The translations under genes and the position numbers were made by a program. The notes under the pieces are model-generated. The model was given only the letters and a program-made list of their open reading frames with translations, ran no database searches and was not told the DNA's origin. Below are positions 10,425 through 21,210 of a stretch of 46,219 nt of DNA, in pieces. The stretch is taken from positions 1 through 46,219 of the forward strand of contig JAHBMJ010000508.1 of assembly GCA_018398765.1 (NCBI GenBank), given 5' to 3'. Position 1 is the stretch's first letter. Each line of letters begins with the position of its first letter. Source of the DNA: Chromera velia (taxonomy: Eukaryota).

Positions 10425-11947
10425 ATGATGCATGCATGCATGGATGAATGGATTGACTGCTTGTCTCCTCTTCCTTGCCTTTCTGTCTGCGCTTGTACCT
10501 TTGAGTCTCCTTGTCTGTCTTCTGGCCTCTGCTTGGCAGGCAAGCAGAGCATCAATCCTAGTTAGAGAAGAGAATTGAATGTGCGGACGTGAGCTGCATG
10601 TTATTCTTTCTATCAACGATCGAGTGTTTCTCTCCTGTCTTTGTCTCCCTGCATGTCACGCCTGAAAGCGTGAAAAGGTGGCAAGGGCAGCATGTACAGA
10701 CAAGCAGACAGACTGAGGAAGGGACAGACAGGAAGCTGGACAGATCGAGTGACACGTGCATTGACAAACGTGACAGTTCCCTGCACCATATTGCCAGTGC
10801 TCGACAGAAGGAAGGCACAGAAATAAATATTCTGTTGTATTTTATTGAGTGTTTAAGTCTCGTTGAATGAGGAAAAAGTTCTGACAAACTGCTGTAGTGT
10901 CTTGTGAACGGTCATTAACAGTAGTAGAGTCGCTTAGCTCTGCGCAAGGCAATATAAGCCGGTATAAGCAGTTGGGTCGCCTACTTCAATTTAAGTTCTT
11001 TTCATGGTTGTTTGTGGTCTTTTTCTTTCTTTTTTCTTGTTTCTTTCCTTTTTTTTTAAATTTTTTTACTAAAATTTGAGTAAAAACTTCGAAACTGCAT
11101 ATCTACAACTATATACTTATTTTTACGCCATTTTTACAAATTCATTAACTTAGACACAACATTTGGAAGAGAGTGATGGACTTAATTGACTTAAACTGAC
11201 TTTATAAAGACGAATCAGACTGTTTGTATATATCTTTTGCTACCTATTGCTACTTAAATTCCTACTGTCGCCTTTGTACCTAGCTTTGTGCTCAGCAGTA
11301 CCCAGCAGCACTATAAGCTACTGCAAGCTTTCAGCGCACTGCTGTGAATCTTGAACATAAAAACAATTGCGGCCTCACCCGATGTGCATTATTGCAGTTA
11401 ATTCCAGTAAGATGCGCTGTTGTCTAACAGTTCGAGGATCGACTCATGCAGGTTATAGGCGTTTATCGTTGTGTGCATCCCTCTGCTGTGCAGGCATGTC
11501 GCGCGCGCGCGCATTGCGAGCGCAGGATGCAGAGAAATTCTGGAACACGCGCGCATTGCATGCACGACCGCTATAAAACCGATACACACTTCGATCAATG
11601 ATCGTATATGCAATGCAGAACATGCATGTGTGTCAGCGTCTTACTTGAGTTGGTTGCAGAGATCTCCGGCTTCTCCAAGCTTGAAGAGCCATCGCCAATT
11701 CAAGTGAGTATTGGCACACCCATATATATACCCCGGTACGTGCAGCAATGCAATTGCAGAGCGAACTCGCATCAATACATGTAGAACTGCATGCATGTTG
11801 ACTCAATTACTGACCCACTCGCTCGATTGAAAGGCACACCGGAAGACAGGCAGGCAATATCCCGGCACCACAACAGTTCTTCTGAACGCCTGTCATCGAT
11901 CAATCTGTTCCTCTCTTCCCCTCTCACATGCAATAGCCGATGAGGAG

Positions 11948-14900
11948 ATGAAGCCAAGGCTCTGTTGGTTGGTGTTGTCGTTCCTTCACCTTCTCTTCTT
12001 TCTCGGAGAGGGTGTGCAGAAACGAAGAAGCCACTCCAAAGTAAACAGACGCAAACATAAGCGAAAGCAGCCTACAGAGGAACCCAATGAAACCGAACAC
12101 ACTTCCCACTTGCAAGCCGTCTGGGCAGGCGGAGAGACGAATCATCAGAGTGGCTCTTCCCCACTCTTTTCTGATAGAGCCCTCACCCCCTCCCAGTTCG
12201 ACACTGCGACTAGTACAGCAGAAACCGGTGAGGGCAGTACGCTTGCAAGCGGGGAAAGTGGGAGCTCCGAAGCAGCAGAGACAGTTGACGGGGAAGAAGA
12301 GGAAGACGACAACCCCTCTGCTGCCAGAATTGTTGATCCCAAAGACGCCATAGAGGAATGTCTGGAGAGGTCAGAGCAGGAAAGATTGAAGGGAGAAGGC
12401 ATCCCACCGATGGGAGGGGGGTACACAGGTGCGAAGCTTCCTGTGTACGCCCGCTCACCCATATGGAAGAAGGAGCACAGCTACGATCTCAGAACACGTT
12501 TCGACTGCGCCAAAGACACCATGGAAGCCTACGAGACGAGAAAATGCAGAGAATATTGGAGAGTCTACGATGCATTTTGGAAGGCAAAATTCGAGGCCAA
12601 AGTTCTCCACACCAGCGTCTCGTTTGAGCCCCATGAGCTCGGTCACTTTCTCCAGAACGTCACTCACCCGCACGGACACGGAGTGTTTGGGAGAAATGGA
12701 CCTGAGGCAATCGGGAAAATGATCACCTCGGGGGTTGATAAGGTTCGAACGAATTTCATGGAGGCGATTTCAGGAATGAACAACCCGACGGTGTTTGAGA
12801 AGAGTCTGACTGCCCGGCTGGCCCGTCAGATTGTCAAGAGGTTCATCAGGGGACTTTGCAGAGCCAGAGTGAGGGAGTCGGGCGTTGACGAATTCGAGAA
12901 ACCCCTGACTGATGACATCATCAGGTAAGAATAGCTGGCAATTAACTGTGAGATTTCCGTACAGGAACAGACTAACTCTCCTCTGTTGACACTCTTCCCC
13001 GTCTGTGTTCTCAACATAGTCTTTCCTTTGATCAAGGGAGAAGTTTGCAGTTGGCGGATCAAGGGAGAAGTTTGCAGTTGAAGGTGATCAGTGAAGAAAC
13101 GGCAGAGTCTCTCTGAGAGACGCGAAAGAGGCGATCTAGAGCTGAGTTCGAATAGCGGCGAGAGAAAATGGCTGTATTTATTTGTTCATTCATATTCTCG
13201 ACCTCTGTTTAATCGTTCTCGCCTGAACCCCAGACGTTTTCGTTCCCCCATGCCTCCGTCCTTAAATCTCGTTTTCTTTTCCGCCTTGAATCCGTTCTCT
13301 GTCTGTCTGTCTCTCTAGCCTTCCCCCCACGTCTGCCCCCTCTCCTCCCTTCCCCCTCTGCATTTTCCTTCTGCCTTCCTGACTTCTGCATGTTGCCTTG
13401 TCCGTCCGTCGGTCTGCATTTGCTCTTCCCATCCTTTTCATGTGACCGTTTTATTTTACTCGTCTCTCTTTGCAGAGACTGGGCCGGCGTCACCGACGGC
13501 TCCCTCAACCTGTGCGACACCGTGAGCCCCCACGAGCACGTGAACGCTCTGATCAACAGGCTCACGCAGGCAGAGGAGAAGCCCCTCGTGCTCGGCATCC
13601 CCGCCCGAGTAGCAAAGAAACTTGCCCTGCGCATGTTTGCAGACAAGAAGGCCAGCATGGCAGAGAGCGATCTCAGTGCCCTCGAAAATTATTACGACAA
13701 GTGGAAGGCCTCCGACACAGGCAGCAGCAGCAGCGGGGAGGGGGGTACTGTGCAGTTGGAAAAAACAGATGAGAGCGTGGCAGTTACACCCGCAGCCGCA
13801 ACAGCAGCAGGAGGCGCAGAGAATAAGGCCAGAGGAGGAGAGGGAGTAGGAAAAGGTGGAAGGAACGACACAGATATTCACAATCTGAGTGCAAACGGGA
13901 CTTCTGATGTCTCCAGTCCCACTGCCTTCCTCCAACTTGTACCCGCCTCCTTTGACATATTCCTGGCAGACAAGAGAAAGAGGGAGCTAGCGAGACACAA
14001 GAGCAGAAGCAGAGGTTCCCCCTCAAATCTTCACCGTGAGGCAAGAGGGATCCGTCACTCAGACAGAGGCCTCTCTCCCTCTCCCTCTCCCTTACTCTCT
14101 CCCTCTCACCCGGCAGTGTTGCTCCAACGTCAGCAGGGAGAAACAGAAGCACCGAAATCAGAAGATGCTGGGGGGGCAGATGAGGAGGGAGGGGAGGTGG
14201 AGACTAAAAGGGTAACAAAGCCAAAAACGCTAGAGGAGAGGATCGATAGGGTCGAGGAGCTCGTGGCATCTCTCACGGGAGAGTCGCCAACACCCGACGG
14301 GGGCACCCCTGCAGCTGCTTCTGCCGATACATCAAGTCCAGAGGCAATAGAAGCATTAGAGAAGGAGCTGATTGAATTGGCAGAACCTGAAATCCAGGCT
14401 TTGGCATTTCGACAGTTCCGAGCTAAGTACAACCGTGAGCCATCCGAAGCAGAAGCAGATGACAAATACCTCCAGACGTTGGCTGAGTGGGGTCGACTCG
14501 AGGGTGCCTACAAGCCCACAGATATCGACAAGAGGAGAGAGCTCCACTCGCTTCTTCTGTTGTTCGATCACGATAAACGAAAACTGGTGGCCTCAATGTT
14601 GAGAGACAGAACACACGAAGAGTATTTCCGAAGGAAAGCCTTCTGGCGTTACTGTGAATTGGTCGGAGCCCTCAACGAAATCCCAGGGTCACAAATCACA
14701 TCCACCATCATCCGTCCCATCGTCGAATGCGAAGCTGGTGGTGGCAACAAACGCTGTGAGCCTATTCCCGCTAGTCGGATGAATATGAAGAGGGTGATAG
14801 ATGCGGTCGACCGAGAGCCAGAGAAGGTTGAGAAACTGCAGCACGCAGTGAGAATGGCCAATTTACGCCCCCTCGCAGCCGCCCTTCTCGACCGAGCAGC

Positions 14901-17900
14901 CGCCCTCGACAGAGACAGACCCGAGATGGAGAAGGTTCTAGAGGAAACAAAACAATGGCTCGAAACCCAAAAATCCGAAGCAGACGCCATGGTAGACAAC
15001 GTCTCCCCGATTCCTCTCGAGCTCGTCGCCCCAGTCGCAGGGGATCCCTGTCGAGGAGAGATTGTGTGCCGAACACTGACGGCCGTCTCCGACTGCACAC
15101 GGGAGATCCTGCACCACCCTGAAGTCACCCCAGAAGAGTTAGGTCAGTGTCATGTGGCAGCAGCTGCAAATGCGCTTGCCTATGCTCTTCGATTTCTGCC
15201 TCAAGAGATTCTGTATGCCGATGCAGCAGGGTGTCAGGCAGTAGGGAAGTACATCATTGCGGTGGCAGCTGATTACTTTGCCGACGCAATGAGAACCCGC
15301 CGAACAACTCTCGAGGCTGCCCAGAGACTGTTGGGCAGAGAGGTGTTTGAGCAGTACGAAGTTGCATACAGCAAAGAGCCCACCAGCCCATTGAGGGAGG
15401 CCTTGGACGCAGACAACAAATTGCTGTCGAAAACGGATTTGGCCTTCATCGATCCTGAAGCTGCGGACACGGAGGAAGGTGAGGAAGGGGACAGTGGAGG
15501 GTTCATGCAGCTCCTTCAGAGACAGAGTCAGAGAATCGAAATGACACAGAAGAAGAAGGCCGTCGAGGGATTTGTAGAAGAATCACCCCTCGAACCCCCT
15601 GACCAGGTAGATCTTGACAGTCCCTTCAACGCCGACGAGGAAGATTTCATCACATATGAAGAAGACGTTGAGGGAGTCAAAAGAAAGGGGGCGCCCTACT
15701 CTGGAAATATTTTGACAGTCAATTTGTATTTCGGAGCCCCCCCCGATGGGTACGCGAATGCAGAGCCGAAACCCAACGAACAACTTTCCTTTCTTGATGA
15801 ACTCCAGTTCCTCTCTCCCGCCAAAGCACTCGGCCGTCTCCCCCACCCTCCCGGGTGCAGTTATGACAAAATGCTGGAGATCATCCGGGATTGCAGGTCC
15901 AATTTCGCAGTCATTCCTGCCAGTGACAGTCTCTTCAAAGTCGGTCAGTGGAGAAAATGCGTGTTCGATAGTCGAGAGTGCTTCACACAGGAAGAGTATT
16001 GGGACCTCCGATACAGACGGCCGGAGTTGTGGAAGGCCTACAGAAAAGTGGACGAGGGTATCGAGGAAGCGATGGGCATCACTCGCTCCGATTCCCGCTC
16101 GTGGTTTTTCGGAAAGAAAAAAGCAACCGCACCGAAAGAAAGCAAGTGGCAGGCTCTGCACAGACCGATGGTAAGACAGTCGAGAGACGCAGAGGAGTGG
16201 GACAAGGCACGAAAGAAATCAAAAGACCCAGTCAAGGATGCGTTGCCTAACGACCAAGACCTTCTGGTAATGAATGATGAAAACGAAGCAGTTGCTGCCG
16301 AGATGGCACACCATATTGAGGCCTACCTCCGAGGTCTGATGGCCGCAGCTCCCCATGTGCCACGAGTCAAAATTCATCCGAAAGGATCGTACGTCGTGGG
16401 AGGGTCAGTCTGTCTGTGTGTCTGTGTGTCTGTGTGTCTGTCTCTCGCTGTTTCTGTGTTTTTCTTCCTGTGCTGCATTTATGTCATCGCGTCCCACCCT
16501 CTTCGCCTCTATCAGAGTTTTTTTGCTTTGGTCCGTGCGGCTGGTTGTCCTGATGGTTTCGGACATTCGCTGCCCTCTTTTCAACTCACGTCATTTCTCT
16601 TGAGAGACTGCGCTGTCTTTCTCTCTTCCTGTGTCTGTTTCTTTTCTGAAATTCAGACAACTGCGCTTCTCCTTTACTTTCTTTTTTTCGTTTCAAGTGG
16701 TTTCTCAAGCTCACGCCCTCACACCCCCAAATCGAACACAAAGCCACGCAATCCGTCTGCTGACAGCTCTTCCACTTCCCCCTTCTTTTTCCTTCTCCCT
16801 CTCTCGATCGATCAATGGATCCTCCTCTCCTCTCCTCTTCTCTTCTCTTCCCTTCTCTTCTCTTCTCTTCTCTTCCCTTCCCTTCCCTTCCCTTCCCTTC
16901 CCTCCCCTTCCCTTCCCTTCCCTTCCCTTCCCTCCCCTTCCCTTACCTTCTCTTCTCTTCTCTTCTCTTCTCTCCCCTTCTCTTCTGTTCTGATGCAGAC
17001 GCGAAAAGGGCCACCCAGATGAGGTTCCGGACGACAAAGAGAAGAAGCACGCAGATAAGAAAAGCGATGTGGGATCTTCAGGGACCACCCCAGCAGCACC
17101 AACAGATGCTGCAGCAAATGCGCACAAAGAGCTCACAGCGTCAGTCTGTCTTCTTTCCTTTTCTGTGACAGTGCTTGGCTCTCTCTGTATCTCTGTACTC
17201 CTGCCCCACCACTCTTCTTCCTTGAAAACTAGTTAAGACAGTCCGGTCCCTTTTCCTTCAAAAGGTGGGGAAGATGCACAAATAGTCATGTGTAGTTTCT
17301 GCGTTGTTCCTTTCTATCACTGAATATGATGGGATTGTTCTCTGCTTGTGCGCCTGTCCGTTCTCTCAGATCGTCCGGAGCGTTCAGCGAGACAATCAGT
17401 CTTGAGGGAGACGGACCCGGTAAGTGAACGTTACATCTCCGTCCTGATGTCTTGCTTGTCTGGCCTTTCTTGAGGGCCCACTGCAGTGAAATATGTTCTT
17501 GGCTTCTCGCCTCAAATTTGTGCGTCTGGGGTGCTCTTCATCCGCGGCAAGGGGCTGGATCCAGCGACTTGCCTTCCCTTCGCTATTGCAATTCCCTTGA
17601 AGTCGACAAAGCAAAGACAATCCATCCACACAGCCGCTCTCAATTCCATTTCGTTCTTTGTTCGGTCGAGACGATCGTGCTTCTCTCTTTGCATGCTGCT
17701 CCATGTCAGGGCGGCTGAATGTTACAAGCATCGGTCGAAAGAGCGTCAAGTCAAGACGCGAGGAATGAGTCGAGAAGAGCGATGCGTGATCTTCCTTTCT
17801 TTCTTTCGCTCTTCCTTCCTTCCTTCCTTCCTTCCTTTCTTTCTTTCTTTCTTTCTTTCTTTCGTTCGTTCGTTCGTTCCTTCCTTCCTTCCTTCCTTCC

Positions 17901-17917
17901 TTCCATCCTTCCATCCT

Positions 17918-17949
<32 letters not shown>

Positions 17950-18231
17950 GCATGGGGAGGGAAAAAGAGAGCGTTATAAGATCATCCGCTGCAGGTGCAT
18001 GAACCAACTAGCCTCTACCTGCACGTGTGTTTCTGTTTTGGTCTGTCTTCTGCCTGCTGGTCCTTATGGTAGATTTGCTTGTGCACGCATGCAGATGAGA
18101 AGAGAGGGCTGAGTCTCCAGGAACTCGACGGAGGTGAGGACGAAGCGGCTTTGGAGAGACAGGAGGCAAAAATGCAGGCTGTCCTCTCTCCTGATCCCTA
18201 CAAGGACACTATCATCACAACACATGGGTGA
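11948..18231 (+). CDS. Very large secreted hypothetical protein, multi-exon
   Basis: Phase-consistent exons 11948-12924, 13476-16403, 16999-17139, 17370-17419 and 18095-18231 (TGA). N-terminal hydrophobic signal MKPRLCWLVLSFLHLLFFLGEG. The 3' end may instead splice from the GTGAGG donor at about 18133 to exon 19354-19688. Confidence 0.75.
13030..13080 (+). repeat. Intronic 24-bp direct duplication
   Basis: GATCAAGGGAGAAGTTTGCAGTTG at 13030-13053 and 13057-13080. Confidence 0.9.
16822..16985. repeat. (CTCTT/CTTCC)n pentanucleotide microsatellite in intron
   Basis: Direct reading; it accounts for the spurious SLPFP tail of ORF 13390-17022. Confidence 0.95.
17791..17949. repeat. (CTTT/CCTT/CGTT)n tetranucleotide microsatellite in intron
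   Basis: Direct reading. Confidence 0.95.
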
Positions 18232-19353
18232 TCGCAATGGGCAACTTGCAATCAGTTCATCAAAATCGCCTCCCCTCAATCCTGGTCATCGATTGAGACC
18301 GGCACATTGACAATGTAAAATTATGAGAGACGGATCAACAGCTGAGAATTGACGACAAAAACACGCAACTAAGAATGGTAATGCAGTGGAAACTCTCTGG
18401 GAACTTCGACGAGACTTGAAATTTATAATGAAAAGTCAAAACCCAAATGTATCATAGCTTTTTGATGTAATGATGATGATATATATTGTATGATGGCCTA
18501 TACACTGATCAATAATAGTAATGATGAAGATGATACTAGTCCTAGTACTACTGATTATAAATTTGATGATTTAGGGTTAAATTAATGATTGATGATATAG
18601 TCTAGGATCTACTAGCAGCAGTTCATAAGTAATACATTAGCATGATGCATGATTTAGATCCAGCGACGCCAGATTATGTCAGATTCCAACTTAGCCATTA
18701 GTTATATCATATCTTGATAATGATGATGATATGACTTAACCCGCCAGCCATCGTGTCCCAATAGCAAAGAGCAGTCTGTGAGCATTCATATTATATTGTA
18801 AGCTAGGAGCACGCTAGCGAATGCCCACCTAAAGTGGCCAAACTTTGTGTGTGTGTGTGTGTGTATGTGTGTGTGTGTGCATACTGTCAGTCTCTTTGGC
18901 TGTCTTTCGAAGATCTTCTATACTTTTTTTGCTTCCAGTCTTAAACAGGGAAAAAATAAGCGCTCTGTCTATCAGTTTGTCAGAAGGAAAAGAAAAAACA
19001 GAAGACAAGAGGAAATGAACAACATGGTGCATCGGTTTTTTGTGAAAAGAAACATGAGAAAAACTGAAAAGGAAGACAAACAAAGGAAGAAGAGGCTGTA
19101 TATTTGTGCATGTATATGTTTGTATGCGTGCGTGCGTGTATGCATGTGTGTGTATGTATGTGTGTGTGTGTGTGTGTGTGTATCAGAGAATGTCTGGACC
19201 TTTCTTGTGTGTCTTTATTGATTGATTGATCGATTGACTGATAAGTTCCGTCCTAAGGCCTTCCCGCTGTGTCTATCCTTCGCCAGAGCTTTTAAATGCA
19301 TAAAGAGAACGCATCCCCATCCTTGCTTTCCTTCCTTTCTCTCCTTCCTTCAG

Positions 19354-19688
19354 GAGTGATGTCCCCCAACGAGTTTGATGCCCTCCTCGGAAACGCAGGG
19401 GTTCCAGACCCTGAGAAGAAGTCCACAGGGGTGCCTCTGAACAGGAAGTTAACCAAAGAGGACGTCGACAAAGTTTTTGGATCCCTCGTCACAGGTATCA
19501 AAACCATGACCTGGTCGAGACCCCGCAGCTTCACCAAGTTTTGGCAGACAGGGCAAGTCGAATTGACTGTACAGGGCGCCGCCGTGACCTACTCAAAGAA
19601 CATCAACAACTGCAAGGTGCACTTCAGCGTCTCCCACCCTCATAGCCCCGACGTCGGTCCCCTGACAGCCTTTTTCCTCAGACTCTGA
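19354..19688 (+). CDS. Probable terminal exon (GVMSPNEFDALLG...FFLRL*), possibly the last exon of the large secreted protein gene
   Basis: Pyrimidine tract and CTTCAG acceptor ending at 19353, phase 1, 111 open codons of globular-looking sequence. Confidence 0.5.
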
Positions 19689-19959
19689 TCGAGCAGGCAG
19701 CGATCCCTACACTTTCGCAGCTGCTTGAGAGAAACGAAGCTCCGGCCGTGTGTCTTAGCCGCAGTTCGATTTCAAGTTGCCATGAACATGGGAGGGAATT
19801 TGCATGATGCATGCATGCTCCAATCATCAGGACGCTTATTTAATGGAAAAGAAGAGGGAAATGCGAATCCTAAAACTTGCTTGTCGCTTCGATACTCTCT
19901 TACTAGGGATCAAGTCTGCCACAGGTCGTAATCCCTTGCACCGCTGTTCCATAATTTCT

Positions 19960-21200
19960 CACTTAGACCTTTCCTAGTCTGCGCCTGATCCCGGCACATG
20001 AAATGCTAAATGCAAGAGTTAGAGTGAGTGGACTCTGGTCATAGTCCCAGTCATATTCATTGTATACATAGACTTGGTTTCTCTCGAAGGAATTTTAATG
20101 ATAATTGATACACATTCTTGCATAATACGATGTGGAAGGTCCGATGGAGTCCATGGAGTTTGAATGACGATGCAGCATTACACTCAGCCAGGAGTCAGCC
20201 TCGCTAGGCTGTCTACACATTTAACTTTGCCCTGGCTCCCGGTTTTAATACACAAGAGGAATCAATTGATGTTTTGAACATTGTGTCTAGATTGATTGCC
20301 TAAATCTGAACGTACATCATCTAGTACATCATACTTTATAATTTTATATAAGTTAATGTATGATGATAATACTACTCAGTGATAATAATGATGGGGGCTA
20401 TAAGACCTAGTATAGGTTAGGCCGCTGAGGTGTCAGACGGGCGTGTTGGTGCTGAGTTAAGCAATGATTATGATTCGTATCATGGAGTTTAATCATAACT
20501 TTAATGAACTTGAAAATGCTATAAAATTTGACTACCCTCGGAATTTCTAGGAATTTAGAACTTAGAAGATAGCAGTGGATTTCTAGGTGGATTTCAGTGG
20601 AATTTACTATAAAATGATATTAAAATCTCTAGTAAAATGAATCAGATTCAAATGATCAGTAAAATTTACTAGTCAAGCTAGATTTTATTAAATTCCATAA
20701 CTTTTAGAGCCGACAAAAAATTAATAGTTAGTCTTTTAAAGTTATTAGTTATAAAATTTAATGAAATCAATCTCAACAATTCAAGTTATGATATTAATTA
20801 GATTTTGTGGTAAGCTGTTAAGGTTGAAATAATTTAAATTCGATCTATAGGCGTATCACTATAGAATTCGAATATGTTATTCAATTTACTAAATTTCATG
20901 GGTATAAATTCAAAGTTCCACTAAATTCTTAAAGAATTGAACCCAATTTACTAGAACTTGGTTTTATAGCCTGAATTATAAGGTGGTAATGATGATGAAT
21001 CATTGATAATGATGTATTGGGTTAAAGCTGGTGAGCCGTATAAGCTCTAGTAGCAGAATAGATGTATACATAATTATAGATCCGTCTATTACCGATTCAG
21101 CAATGACTTAATAATATATTTACTAGTATATTTACTTGAAAGATTCTAAAAGTTTATCGTCAGGCGTTTTAAGCACCCTTGAAACCACTCGTGCCCGTTT
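19960..21200. other. AT-rich, ORF-free intergenic block, probably decayed transposon DNA
   Basis: Abrupt compositional shift, no ORFs in the track, (GAT)n tracts. Similar blocks occur at about 10950-11350, 18300-18840, 29160-29520 and 34700-35470. Confidence 0.5.
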
Positions 21201-21210
21201 AAAGTATATT

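Noticed and set aside
13390..17022. 1210-aa ORF as a single-exon gene
   Set aside because: Both ends are intronic (acceptor at 13475, donor at 16404) and the tail is translated microsatellite.
18570..18578. Telomere-like TTTAGGGTT
   Set aside because: A single unit only, with no tandem array.
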